Assembly: GCA_035084275.1 (NCBI GenBank)
Contig: CM068748.1
Location: forward strand, 16,430,001-16,494,000
Length of the DNA stretch: 64,000 nucleotides
Origin: Hydrolagus colliei
Lineage: Eukaryota
Reading direction: 5' to 3'
The notes under the pieces were generated by a model. The model was not told where the DNA came from, did no database searches, and saw nothing but the letters and a program-made list of their open reading frames with translations. The position numbers and the translations under genes were made by a program. Below, in pieces: positions 40,673-52,860 of this stretch (its first letter is position 1; each line of letters begins with the position of its first letter).

Positions 40673-42654
40673 CTCTAAGGTCTGGTGAATATTTTATGCT
40701 ACTGCATAGGTTACAAAGTATAGCCCTCTATCGCCAACACTATTTTATTCTGTTCAACAATCATAAAATGAAACTGCGTTCTTGAAACTGTTTTATTGAA
40801 CTGAGAGCATTCAAATAATCTCTTTTTAAAACTAAATACTGTATACACAAATCCTACAAATTTAACATTGAGTTGCAGGATTGGAGTTCCAATTTACCCA
40901 GAGAATAATGTTAGTAGACAAGGGAACAGATAATACTAGAAGAGGTTAAAAAAAAATGTATATGACACTGAACGGCTGAAAATATTTCTTGGCTTTTTCT
41001 GAAAATTGAAACTAAAGTTAAAATAAATATTTCTGAAACTTTTAAGCAATCATTTCGCCTGTGGCTATAGATATAATGGGGAGTGTGCTAACTCAGCCAC
41101 TGGTATATCTGTACATCAGCACTAGAGCTTACCCGTATAATTCTCACTTCCAGTCAATATTTGTTCATAGATATTATATGAAGCAAATTCTTGGTGCAAA
41201 GTGTATTTTCTGCAATTTCCCAGCTTTATTTGCTCTATTTTTACTTGACCAGTATGAATGAGACACAAGGAATACAACCTCCTTGCTCATATACCATACA
41301 ATACTCCTTGCACACTAGGCATCTACCAAAATGTTTAAACACACTGGCCGTTCATAGGCTTTTATTGGCATGTGAATCGTAGAATCATACAATGCTTCCA
41401 GCATGGAATGGAGTTTAAATATCGAATTCAGATTCACACCAATTCATGGGTACTCCATTCTGACATCTTCACCTCCTGAGAGGAATTCCCATGGGTCGGA
41501 ATGCTGGACTATAATTCAGGTTAACTGAAGGAGTTCCCATTTTGTTTTCTTAATAACGAATGCAGTTAGAAATTGCTGCAATTTCTCTTTTTTCCTTCTG
41601 ATGATTCTCATTTTATGTTGTTTTGTTGCTGACGAAGTGATCAGTGGAAATGCATATTGCTCCTGAAAAGGGACCCAGGTTACCCAGTGGGTATAGACAG
41701 TGCCGGGCACAAAATCTACTTACCAGCGTGTAAGTAAATGTAAGGCAGTTTTCAACGGGCATCTAGATAAGATGCTTTGTTAACCATGCACCCAGAAAGT
41801 CGCTGATTTGAAGGTAGTGCAAAAAATAGAGGTTATGATCATAAAAGCAGTGTGAATATCTTTGTACAAGGGCAAGTAAATCTGACAGATGATTTCCTCA
41901 AATGAAGCCCTCTGCGGCTGGCAGAAATCAGCATGAGGAGCACAGATTATATAAACGGCCTATTTTCGCTGCAGATTGAATTAGAACAATCCCTGTCTAA
42001 AGACACAAAATGTCTGGGCAATAATAAGTGGTGTATTGTTGCCTAACCATACAGTCAAGGAATGGAGACAGATTATGGTTCTATTTTTATGTAATTCCAA
42101 CAAGTACCCAAAGTACTAGTAATGTTCAAATCTAAAATGTACTATGCAATAATCAATACCATTTATAGTTTTAACATCCATCAGAGAATAAAATACCTAT
42201 CTTCAGTGACTGATGTTCTTGCAAATGGCCCAGTAATCATTCATAGGTTTTATCCAAGAGGTCAATCAAAACAAGTCTTCCAGTCTTGAGCTCTGTGCAG
42301 CTCTAGAATTACCTTCTCAAAAAAAAAGGTGGGATGAAGATAGCTCAATACATAGATATTAATATCATACTCAGCCCAAAGATTGCAGGAACCTGCTTGA
42401 AGATGCTGAACATAAATGTTTATCACAGCAACTTTTGGCTGGAGAATAAATTCCATTCTTCTTACGATTAGCAAATTTGATTTACAGCTTTGTGCAGTCA
42501 CTGCGAATAATCAATTAGATTGAACAGCAAACTGCTGGAAAAGTCAATTCCCTCAAATGTTGTTACAGTGAATGACTGAACTTGGGTGTGAACAATGCTT
42601 TATCAGAATGGGATAAGAAAAAGCACTCCATGAGTAATTAATAGTACTTACTAT

Positions 42655-42855
42655 CAAATGTAGTGACTGTTTTATAGGGAAATACATTTACCCAAGAAGG
42701 TCAAACAAATTACCTGAAGTGAATGATCAATTAATCAGGATAGTTGGCCCAAACACTCTGAGAAAGTCCCCTCCCTTTTTGAACATTGCAATAGGATGTT
42801 TTAACATCCACCTGAACCAGGCAGATGGGATTTTAGTTTATGTCTCATTAAAACA
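42655..42855 (-). mobile_element. DeuSINE fragment
   Basis: ggatgttttaacatccacctgaaccaggcagatggg..gtttatgtctcat is the reverse complement of the Deu domain. Confidence 0.75.
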
Positions 42856-42920
42856 ACACTAGACTACTCAACAAATCACACCTTGTGCTCTAATGCACAG
42901 AATTAATATGTATATTTTTG

Positions 42921-42991
42921 GAGCTCTGCTCTGCTCAAATGTGTATAATGTGTATAAATGAGCTCTGCTCTGCTCAAATGTGTATAATGTG
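42921..42991. repeat. Local tandem duplication, period 39 nt
   Basis: gagctctgctctgctcaaatgtgtataatgtg at 42921 and 42960. Confidence 0.9.
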
Positions 42992-43227
42992 CTTGCCTTC
43001 AAGATAATGAATTATTATGTCATAAATCAACATTGGATATTTTTAACAAGTAATTGATCCAACAATTGCTATATGACTTTTGAACCATCCCTGCTTCAAT
43101 ATTGAGTAATATGTAACACATCTTCCAAGAAAAAAAATGTTCGAGATACCAATGGAAAAAGAGCATCAAGAACATAGAGGGAACCACTGAAGGTACTTAC
43201 TAGAACATTATTTAAACAATAATATAC

Positions 43228-43500
43228 TAAATAACCTTTGTATTTGGTATAGCACTTTATTTTGTTGACAAAATGTCTCAAAGTGTTTCACAGGATTTTA
43301 AAGTTTAGTGACTGTATAATTTAGAGGCAACTTCAGCAGCTAATATGTGCACTGCAATGTTGTACAAACTGCCATAAAGCAAATGATCAATTTTATCAGG
43401 GGATTATTGGGTCAGGATACCAGGAGAAAATCCCTTCACTTTTCAAATAGTGGCATGAACAGGCAGATGAGACAATGATCTCAACTGACAAATGGATGTA
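43228..43500 (-). mobile_element. DeuSINE fragment with tail
   Basis: tgtctcaaagtgtttcaca, caggataccaggagaa, ttcaaatagtg, aggcagatg. Confidence 0.75.
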
Positions 43501-44554
43501 TCGGATGCTTATGCAGGGGCAGTCTGTGCAAACATTTGAGTTGTGTTAATAGATTGAATTGAAGAAAATTGTCCGAATTAGCCACCGAAAATACAATTCT
43601 CAAAAAAGCAAATGGAAATGCATAACAGGGAGGAACCAAAGATGAGCATCTATGTGGGAAACAAGTAAAAACGCAGAAAATAGAATTGCACAGCTACATT
43701 ATTAGATACTGTGGAATCTGAATTATCTGCTCCCTGTTTAACATGTGGTTTATCTATCGTTAATTTTACCTTGCACACCAAGTGTGTCAAAAATATATAA
43801 TGTTTGGAACACAACGACAGTCTCTTTGCAATTTTAAACTTCTCAGGTACTTGTTAACAGCAATACAAAACCTACCTAACCAGGAGTGGTGAATGAATAA
43901 CTCTCTCCTAAGATATCCTGATGCACAGAACCCATAGCAATGGGGGAAGCTGTCACACAGACTCACTCCCCTCTCAATTCCACCAGAACCCATTCCAAGC
44001 AACAAAGCTGCTTTTTGCTGCGAAGTGCAAAGATCTGTAAAGTTGATAGATTGATTTCTGGGTTCTCGATTATCTGCCAATGTCAATTATCCACCAGGAA
44101 ATATCACCATTAAAGCAGATAATTAAGGCCGCACTGTGTAGTAAGATAAGGTCATTTGTAATACCATGGAACCTAATCAGTCATTTTCCCTCCCCTTGAT
44201 TGGAAGGCTGATATGTAAATGTAGATATGCATGGTATTGAAGATTTAAAAAAAATTAAGACCATATGACAATTAAAACAAACATTAAATAGCTGCAGTAA
44301 TAATTCAGCGAATTCCCGAGAAAACAGTAGTTTCAAGTGAAAAATGCTACGTCTAATACCATCACTTGAACCACTAAAGCAGAACTAATGGAACACAAAT
44401 GAAAGTGCGCATGAGAAAAGCACACAACTTAGAAAGTGCTGGAATAAACCTGTGTGGGGATCAAACCTGTTCCAAAGTAGAACATGTCCTTCTGCAACTT
44501 GTAATAATAATCCATCAAAAAACAATAATTAATTTGTCATTTAAATTCACAATG

Positions 44555-44710
44555 GTTTGTGAGACACTGCTGTGCGCAATTTGCTGCTGCGTTTCGCCCA
44601 CATATATACAGTCAATTCACTTTACAGTATATTCTGGGAAGCGCTTTGAGGTGTCTAGAAGACGTGAAAAGCGCTATAGCAAATGCAGGGATTATTATTA
44701 TCATTATTAT
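44555..44710 (+). mobile_element. SINE2-1_CM-like 3' half with (TTA)n tail
   Basis: gtttgtgagacactgctgtgcgcaat..cagtcaattcactttacagtatattct..gcgctatagcaaatgcagggattattatt. Confidence 0.9.
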
Positions 44711-45070
44711 CTGCAGGCATGGAATGAACTTCAACATGTATGTGGACGCTGTTCAACTCTATCTCCCTGCTTCCACACTCGACTCCACTGCTGTCCTTAT
44801 GGATTGTCTATACGACATCAAGTTCTGGATGAGAGTCAGTCTTCTCTAGTTGAATGTCGACAAGACCGAGGGCCTCCTGCTTGGCTCCCATCAGCGCCTC
44901 CTCAACTCAGGCGCTGACAGCATCATCATTCATGGATGCACTTTACACCTCAGTAAGTCAGTACAGAACTTTGGTGTCTTGTTTGACCTTGAACTGTCTT
45001 TTAAACCCCACATTTGTGCTGTGATCTGTTCTGCCTATCCCCCACCTCCACAACATCGCCCGCCTCCACA
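44705..45070 (+). mobile_element. L2 reverse-transcriptase fragment (inactivated)
   Basis: IICRHGMNFNMYVDAVQLY (YADD mutated)..WM..L*LNVDKTE..VQNFGVLFDLELSFKPHI. Confidence 0.92.
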
Positions 45071-45904
45071 AACTACCCTTGCCTATTGTTGTTCCCTTAA
45101 AAACCTCACGATTTTCCATATCCAATATTTTTTCCAATCAAAAAATACAGGCAAACAGAATTCTGAAGCAGTTTATCGCCAATGATTGCCTTAAAGAATT
45201 AGGAGAGGGATCGTATGGAAAGTTGGCCATTGCCATATTTCTCATAAACTATAGTCATCCAGGTTGAGGGGTGCAGCAAAGAGGTTTGGACTGAGAACAG
45301 TTCTTCACATGAACCATGCAAGAACTTTAAACAGGAACAATTTCTAAATCAATTCACTGAGTTATTTTGCAACAGTGTGAAATATAAGTGTTGCTGAAAC
45401 CATCTATTCCATCTGGTCTGGACAGCCTGGATTGAGCTGCTGAATCCTTATTGATGCCATACTTTTGGTGGCAAAGTGCCATTAAAAGTGCAACATATAC
45501 TGGGCAACAGTTGCTTTCTACAGCGAAAGGACCTGATACTCTTTGAGTTCGCATGGACTGCTGTCCAATTACAAGGAGCACTTTCTATCTTAGCCATCAT
45601 AGACCTCTAGCACAAATTTGCCCACTCAATTTAATGCTTCGTGGCAGCAGGCAAAGACTCACCTAGCCTCAAGGAAGTCGTTTCTTCAAAACTAGGAGAC
45701 GTGAAGCAAGCCCCCAGTTATCCAGCAGAATTAGAAATATCTATTCTCGGGTAACAATACTATACTGATAGCATGCTAATGTTTCCAGTTTGGAATGTGT
45801 TGAAAGAAATGTTACAATACATTTTCCTCCTCTCAAAATTATTTTACTGCATCCTGGTCTTTCTGAAGGCAATAATTCAAGCCAAGTTATAGTTTCAAGT
45901 GTGA

Positions 45905-45990
45905 GGACTGCCCTCTGGTACCTACACTGAAGCGGCCTTTCCTCATATATGAATCTGAGCATTAAATATCTCAGGCTTGTTGACTCCAAG
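45905..45990 (-). mobile_element. AmnSINE2-like 3' fragment
   Basis: ccctctggtacct..gcggcctttcctcatat..caggcttgttgac resembles the reverse complement of 46555-46630. Confidence 0.45.
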
Positions 45991-46014
45991 GCTATGACAG
46001 CTGAGCCCTTTCAG

Positions 46015-46225
46015 TATAGAATTCCAAAGGTTGGGAGCAGAATACCTGAAAGCTCACCTGCCGATGGTGGAGCGGGTGCGTTAGGGCATGTGGAGCAGGA
46101 GAGAGCTCACTGAAGCCCAGAGGAAACAGACAGGTTGGTAGTGGGTTGGGAGATCGCAGAGTTAGGGTGGTGCAAGGCCATTGGAGGGCTTTGAAAGTGA
46201 GGACCAGGATTTTGAATTAAACCAC
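46015..46225 (-). mobile_element. L2 ORF2 C-terminal fragment
   Basis: Minus strand reads FKILVLTFKAL..LAP....AFRYSAP.LWNS. Confidence 0.8.
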
Positions 46226-46304
46226 CAGTGGAGTTGGGTGAGAATGGGGGAGAATGAGATTTTAACAAAAATGTACACATATTGCACCTAAAGAAACGAA
46301 TGTG

Positions 46305-46696
46305 CCCACAATGGTCTGGTGAGTAAAGGCATCCCAGTAATAAGTCACACAGACTGGAAGAACTGTATGTCTGTTTCTTGGTCTGTGTTGAGTTAGCAGC
46401 CAGGACAGTAGTGGAGGACACGACAATTAACCTCTGTGCCCCTGGGTTAGAGAAGCAAAATTCAGCCAAGGTTCCTGCTCCTGATTGCTATTCAGTAATC
46501 CCTGTGAAAAGTGGGTGTGTGCAGGATCAAGTTCAGCTGTCTATGCACCCTAAAGTCAAAAAGCCAGCTAATACTTACTGACAGGCCCACCGATAAAGAA
46601 TAGCCCCATGGGTAAGGTAGTGGAGAGTGACCATGGCTGGTAGTATCATATGCCAGAATACATCAGCACCTTCAGAAGGGCAGGGGTGAAAATTGG
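46305..46696 (+). mobile_element. Near full-length AmnSINE2-like element
   Basis: ggtctgtgttgagttagc, gcccctgggttag, aaaattcagccaaggttcctgctcctgattgcta, aagaatagcc, tcagcaccttcag..aaaattgg are collinear with the AmnSINE2 consensus as I recall it. Confidence 0.7.
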
Positions 46697-48169
46697 AGTA
46701 CAAAGTTTTCTTGAAGATAACACATCACCTAGAATGTTTCAAACCATACATATTTAATTTGCTATGGTCTGTGTAAGTACAATAACTTCCATTACCAAAG
46801 CCATTGCGATCCCCATTCCTGTGACATCTCTATTTTCTCCCACCTTTTAATGTTTGACAAGAAAAGGCCATGTTTAGAGCAGACTTGACAAAGGTCATTC
46901 GATAACAATCACAAGAATGAAAACACCAAGGTTCAAAGAGGCAACAGCCATCTACAAAGCAATGATTGCTGTCAAAGGAAGTGTAGCAAAAAAATACAGT
47001 TTTGCCACAACTTAGCATTAGGAAAAACAACTTGAGTGGTCTATAATTTCAGTGTTTATCCAAGTCTGTAATTTAAATCATTCTCTTCAAATAGGACATT
47101 TAACAGCTATATGTCTGACCTGGTTTTCCAATGCCTTTAAACAATACACAATGACATTTAAACATATAAAGGATAATCGAGTTCCCAGCCTCGTTTGTTA
47201 CAGGATAAGGTGTGAATCATGCCTATTTTAAAGCTATACAGTAGATTGCACATAGCTTTGATTTATTTCAGATCTAAATTAAGAACCATTTTTACATATA
47301 CTAAGATATATATCTATATACTGTATATACACACACAGTGCTGACTACCGAAATCACCAAGCAGATAGATGGAATGCTTGTGTGTGTACACACATAACCA
47401 TGAGACCTGAAACAAAAAACACTGATCCAGACTTTCTTTGCCTCACAACAAGACACTAACAAGGCAACATTGATTTTGCCTGATGTCACCCTGCTGGTAT
47501 CTGCCTAGCCTTTGTGCTTGCATTCAACGGTTAGAGGCCAATGGAGCTGGCCTGCTGTGTGGTGCAGTGTAAACAGGGCAACTCCAGCTCACCTGTTAAC
47601 AAAAGATATCTTGGGGACCTGGCGTGAACTGTTGCAATTTCACTGCATGTAAAAATAATGAAATACCTATCTCACACCTCAGCAGAGTCAATATGTATCC
47701 ACAGAGTTATGCCTATTCTTTACTGTGATTGTATAAGACACAGTGCAATGTTTGAATTTTAAGCAAGGTTTTATTTCCATGAATCAGAACACAGTTCATT
47801 GGATGTGCTGAAAACATTGGCTTTGTGCCTTGCCAGAGCACGTAATATTCACAAAAGCCATATTTCATATGGCGCAACCGGAATCAATACTTTTATTCCC
47901 TCATTGTGTTTGGTGCAGTCAAGGTCATTTGTGTAAAACATGACCCTAAGGGAGTATTGTCTTGGCATACTTTGGGGAGAAAAGGGATTTGGGACGATTG
48001 GGCAGGCAGAGAGCTGTTCATCATTTAAGTATCCTAACACATGCCAAGTGTCTCACTCCAATAGGATGCACTCAACTGAATGCAATCGGTACATGGAAAT
48101 GTGTGCGCAACGCTTGTTTTCCCCTGAAATAATTCCAGCAATTATTTTGAAAGATAGACGCCTGAAACA

Positions 48170-48300
48170 GTAAGTATTGTATATTAAATGGTACAAAGAG
48201 CAAACTGGTGAGTGGGACTAGATTAGGGGGCTCATGTGGATGAAATACCAGCACAGATTTCATGGCCCTTTTCTGCGCTACTGTATAACATTCCATGATT
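48170..48300 (+). mobile_element. CR1 3'UTR remnant
   Basis: ggtgagtgggactag..gctcatgtgga..accagcacaga..tggcc..ctgtataacattccatgatt. Confidence 0.65.
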
Positions 48301-48891
48301 TTGTGGTGGGGTCTCTTTAAAGAAAGCCCACAAACTAAGGTAGCGCATGGAGAGTTTGTATTCATCTAATGTGCTCTAATTATGCCAGGTATCATTAATT
48401 ACAAATTATTGTAAATTGTTTGTTTGTGTTTGCCCTTCGAAATTCATCAGAAGATACCATTATCTTTTCCTGACTTCAGCTATAAAAAGAAATATGATGA
48501 AGCAAACTCTCAAGTTACTTTGCTGTGCTAATGAAAGTTAGCAGACTTGTCATTGTAAAATCAATAATCTGCCAGAGTTTGCTATGGGAAGAGGTTTGAT
48601 AGGGTCATTGCAATGTCAAGGAGACTTCAGCATCTGAAATCCACTTTAAAGCTTCAATATAAAACTTCAGTGCCGATTATTTTCTTCTATTATGTCGCTC
48701 ATTAAATACCAGCCCATTTGAAGCTAAACACTGAATTACATCTCACAATGCACTGTGCTTCAGGGACGCACGTACCTGGCGGCAGAGACTTGTGATCAGA
48801 GCGAGCAACTAAAACCGACGAGACAACTCACTTTGTCTTTCCTGCCAACTATTTTAGCTTATTTGCCACAAGTACAAGGTATAATTAATAT

Positions 48892-49023
48892 NNNNNNNNN
48901 NNNNNNNNNNNNNNNNNNNNNNNNNNNNNNNNNNNNNNNNNNNNNNNNNNNNNNNNNNNNNNNNNNNNNNNNNNNNNNNNNNNNNNNNNNNNNNNNNNNN
49001 NNNNNNNNNNNNNNNNNNNNNNN
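48892..49023. other. N-run, 132 nt (gap or mask)
   Basis: Counted directly; unique flanks. Confidence 0.99.
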
Positions 49024-49599
49024 CGCAGGTCTCTCAGTAGACTTTTTAGCTCAAAGGCTGGGAGACCGCGAGTGCCAGCTGGTAATGGCTGTACGGAAAC
49101 ATGGATCTTTGATTAATATTTTACCTCATGGTAGTGACTGTTGCTCAAGTGTCACCTTCCCACTCTCTATCCCCAGCCGCTCTCTCAACCTGATGGATGA
49201 TGGATCAGCCACTGGGTAGGAATGATATGACTAATTAAGGCAGGGTTACAGAACCCAGATGTGTAAAAAAAACAGGAAGTCTGGACGCTGGCCAGACATT
49301 CTCTTGCTTGGGGTGCACCCCATGAAGTGCAAGCTTAATCCCGCACATCTAAGCACTCTGGAGCCTAAGTCTTTCGGAGGTGGATAAAAACTTCCCTTTA
49401 TGTCATATCCATGGCATGGTAAGGACAGCAGCAGTCATCAATGCAACAGCATGCTTCCATATAAAAACAAGTAGCCTGGAAAGTGACAAGAACAGGATGC
49501 TGTTAAACATGCATGATTCTGTGAACAAAAAATGCACTCAGTATTCCTTTCTGCATGATTTGCTGCCATTTAAAAGACAATAAACAGCAACTTATATTG

Positions 49600-50050
49600 T
49601 GAACAACATGTCATTTCAGGTTGGCTGTTGCTCAACATCAAGAAAAATCAATGCTCGCTCTACAGGGGGAAAAAAGCCCAGAGAATTGAGCACTGTTTCA
49701 GATCTGTTTGAACTCATTTTCTCTCTCTGCAGTTGCCCCCTCACATCCCCCCTCAGGCAGCCCCTCACAGCAGGCGTGACAGCTTGACACATTGACAGCT
49801 TGCGGTGAATGACAACTGATTTGTACAAATTTCAAGCCTTATAAATCTACCTGTCACAACAGCGGCATAAAAGAGCTTGGACCCAGCAGGTAACTCAGCA
49901 AAAGCTTCCCCTGACAGCACTCTTTGAAAGCGAATTGGTTGCCTCCTGCCAAAATTCCAACCATCATTCCCATGCAACTTTGAATAAAATTCAGAGCCTA
50001 TTTTCTTGCCAACAGGCTATCAATCGTTTTATTTAAAGATTAAATAGGAT
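49600..50050. promoter_or_regulatory. Putative enhancer with clustered Meis/TALE sites
   Basis: TGACAG/CTGTCA at 49777, 49793, 49851, 49912; posterior-Hox-like TTATAAA/CATAAAA; no recognisable repeat. Confidence 0.5.
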
Positions 50051-51064
50051 GAATGAAAAACATCCAAACAAATTTCATTTTATACCAATATGAAAGTAGC
50101 ACCACCTGCCTTTGCAGGATTACTACAACTATTCTCCTCAACAGTGAAGAGTCCGGGTAATTGAGACCTTCTATATAAAATATATATATATATATTATAT
50201 GAATATGTGCACATGAACGCACACGCACGGTATTTAAATAGTGTCCTCGATTATATTTTTTAACCCAACAGCCATTCAGGCAGGCTGCTATTCTTTCGAC
50301 TCACACCCACACAAACATCCACACAAACGCACACACTTTGTGCAAAAATAAAATTCCAAATAATCTGGAAGCTACAGTGAAGTATATATGTTGCAGCATA
50401 TATTTTATTTTAAGGTTCTCTCTTTCTACCCCTTTTCCCCTCCCACTGACACATACAGTGACAACTTCAGTGGAATCCACTGTGATGACTGGTCCTGATA
50501 GACTGTTCCACACCCACCTGTAAATAACAGTGCTTCCCTTTTTTGAGATTTAACAATTTATGCTGTAGATATTGACAATACAAGTTTACTTGACATCATC
50601 TGAGTCTTCAGTGCAGGCAAGCAAATGATCTCTTCATTTGATAGGAGACATGTCTGCAGCAGAGGATGGAATAAGTTATCCAATTTGGGTTTGTATTCCT
50701 CCGGAAGGCTTTGACTCTCTCCACTTGAATGAGGACTCATCCTCAACAATCCTAAACAAGGTGATGCCTTCAATTGGGCAGCTCTGAATCCAGGCCAATG
50801 ACCACAGAATATAAAGCTACAGTCTTCATCATAATGGGCTATCAACAACATTGATGTATGTTTAATTGCACTTGTCCCAGTCACGGAAATCAGCCCAACA
50901 TCATCCTGATTGGTTTAATTTATGGTGAGTTAAATTGATTCATCATGTTGATTTAAGACCCTGCGTTCGATGTACACTGGTAGTGGTAGTCATCAAACTA
51001 GCAGCATCACACAGTAGAACACACATGTTCACAGGAATAATGGTATATTGAGTGTTTTGTTACA

Positions 51065-52262
51065 AATAGTATTTTCTGAGCTGCATTTTAACCCCCACAT
51101 CTGATTGATCCATCACCGGGATTATCACTATCGCTCCTTTATCCCATCTCCACTGCTGCCATTCATCATCTTGAGAAGTGATATTTCCAAAGCTCTTACA
51201 GTTTTGCTTGCTCAATTCAAGTGAACCAGAGCTCTGAAGCCCAAGTTGTGTTTGGTTCGCCTGTTTCGACTCTTACCTTTCTCACCATCTCAACTTTGTT
51301 GCCACCAATAGCTTCTCCTCTAGTCCCCGCATTGTCACCTGTAACGTCCCCTACTTTTCAATATCTATATGCTCCCCCTTGGCGACATCATCTGCAGACA
51401 TGGGATCAATTTCCATATGTATGCAAATGACACCCAACTGGATCTGTCTGCCTCTACCCTCCACTCCAAGACCACTGGATTCCATCCCGCAGTCCCTCCA
51501 CCTCCCCCACTCTCTTGCCTCTTTCAAGTCCCACCTCAAGACCCTCCTCTTCAACGGTCCGATCGATTACCCCAAATCTCCTCCTTTCCCTCCACCCCTC
51601 CAAAAGGTTCGGGTCTGAAAGATTGACTGTCCAGTGCCTTGGGAGATCCTCTTGACGTGAAAGGCGCCATTACAAGTGTAATTTTGTTGTTGTATCTATC
51701 AAAATGCTCCACACACCCATTATTGCTACTGTCTATTGATTCCCAGTGCCTCAGAGGATAATTTAAGATTCTATCTAGTGGATAAAGTCTAGAGTTAACA
51801 AATGAACAACAACAAAAATTACCTTTGTATGGTACCTATCATGTTGGGAGGATGTCCTAATGTGACTCTATTAAGCCTAAGACTATCTAGTTTTCAAATC
51901 CACCTAGGTTTGCTCTAACCTTGCTATGCAATCTTTTCCAGTCCCACATTCCTGCCTGTACCCTGCACATTTTCAACTATGGTCTAATGCACGTTTCCTC
52001 ATTTGCTTTTACTCCACCACCATCAGCCAAACTTTCAGACACTATGCTCCTGTTCTTTGGAACTCTCTTCCAAACCCATTTCACCCGGTTACCTCTCTCT
52101 CTCGCTTGGCCTTCAAAGCTCTCCTAAAATAACATCTTTTCAGCTCTTCTATTGGCTGTCTTTCAAAATCTCACTCACTTGCTCAGTGTGTACCACTGTA
52201 TATTTGTCAAACACACTGAGACATTTTACATGAAAGTGCTATATAACTGCAGGTTATTGTTC
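51065..52262 (+). mobile_element. Old L2 interrupted by two younger L2-derived insertions
   Basis: Pieces 51065-51200, 51700-51779 (FPVPQR..FKIL) and 51883-52262 (APVLWNSLP..FKALLK, tail) are collinear in L2 ORF2. Confidence 0.7.
51230..51693 (+). mobile_element. Internally deleted L2 (RT core joined to 3' end)
   Basis: [33 protein letters not shown], then directly [17 protein letters not shown] and tail gacgtgaaaggcgcc..ttttgttgttg. Confidence 0.88.
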
Positions 52263-52699
52263 TACTGAAGACTGAGACCATTACATTTAAAAGGGAACTG
52301 AATATGTATTTGAAGATAAAAATATAAAAGGCTAAAGAAAAGAGTAGGAATTGGGATTCATGTATATGTGTCCAGTGAAAGAACTAATACCAAGATAAGA
52401 TCAATGCATTGATTGGCCTCCATCGGTGCTGGAAATTCCACGATTCTACATATCAAATTACTTGTCTTTCAGCGTCTCAGGTTAGATCTTCAAAATGTAG
52501 CCAATCCAATTTAGTGAACTGTCATCAATCTACTTACCAACGTAATGACATTGTATTTTTATTACATCAAAATGTCTCTAGGTGCTCAAAATTAATGACT
52601 GCACAGTGCAGTAACTGTTTTCATCAGCACACACAAGAATAATTTGAAACTCCCCATTTTCATTTTTTTTTAGTAAACTTCACCTAAAAATAGGCACGC

Positions 52700-52860
52700 A
52701 GACTTAATATTTCCTCAAAACGATGACACCTCTAACAATGCAACACTTCCTTCAGTCCTGCACTGGAGTGCTAACCAAGATTCTAAACTCAGGTCCCAAC
52801 CCAGTGCTTGAGCTTTCTGACCCAGAGGTGAAAGTGTTACCAACTGAGCCAAACTGACAC
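52700..52860 (-). mobile_element. DeuSINE (SacSINE1-like) 5' part with tRNA head
   Basis: Sense gtgtcagtttggctcagttggtaacactttcacctctgggtcagaa..cagtgcaggactgaaggaagtgttgcattgttagaggtgtc. Confidence 0.8.
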
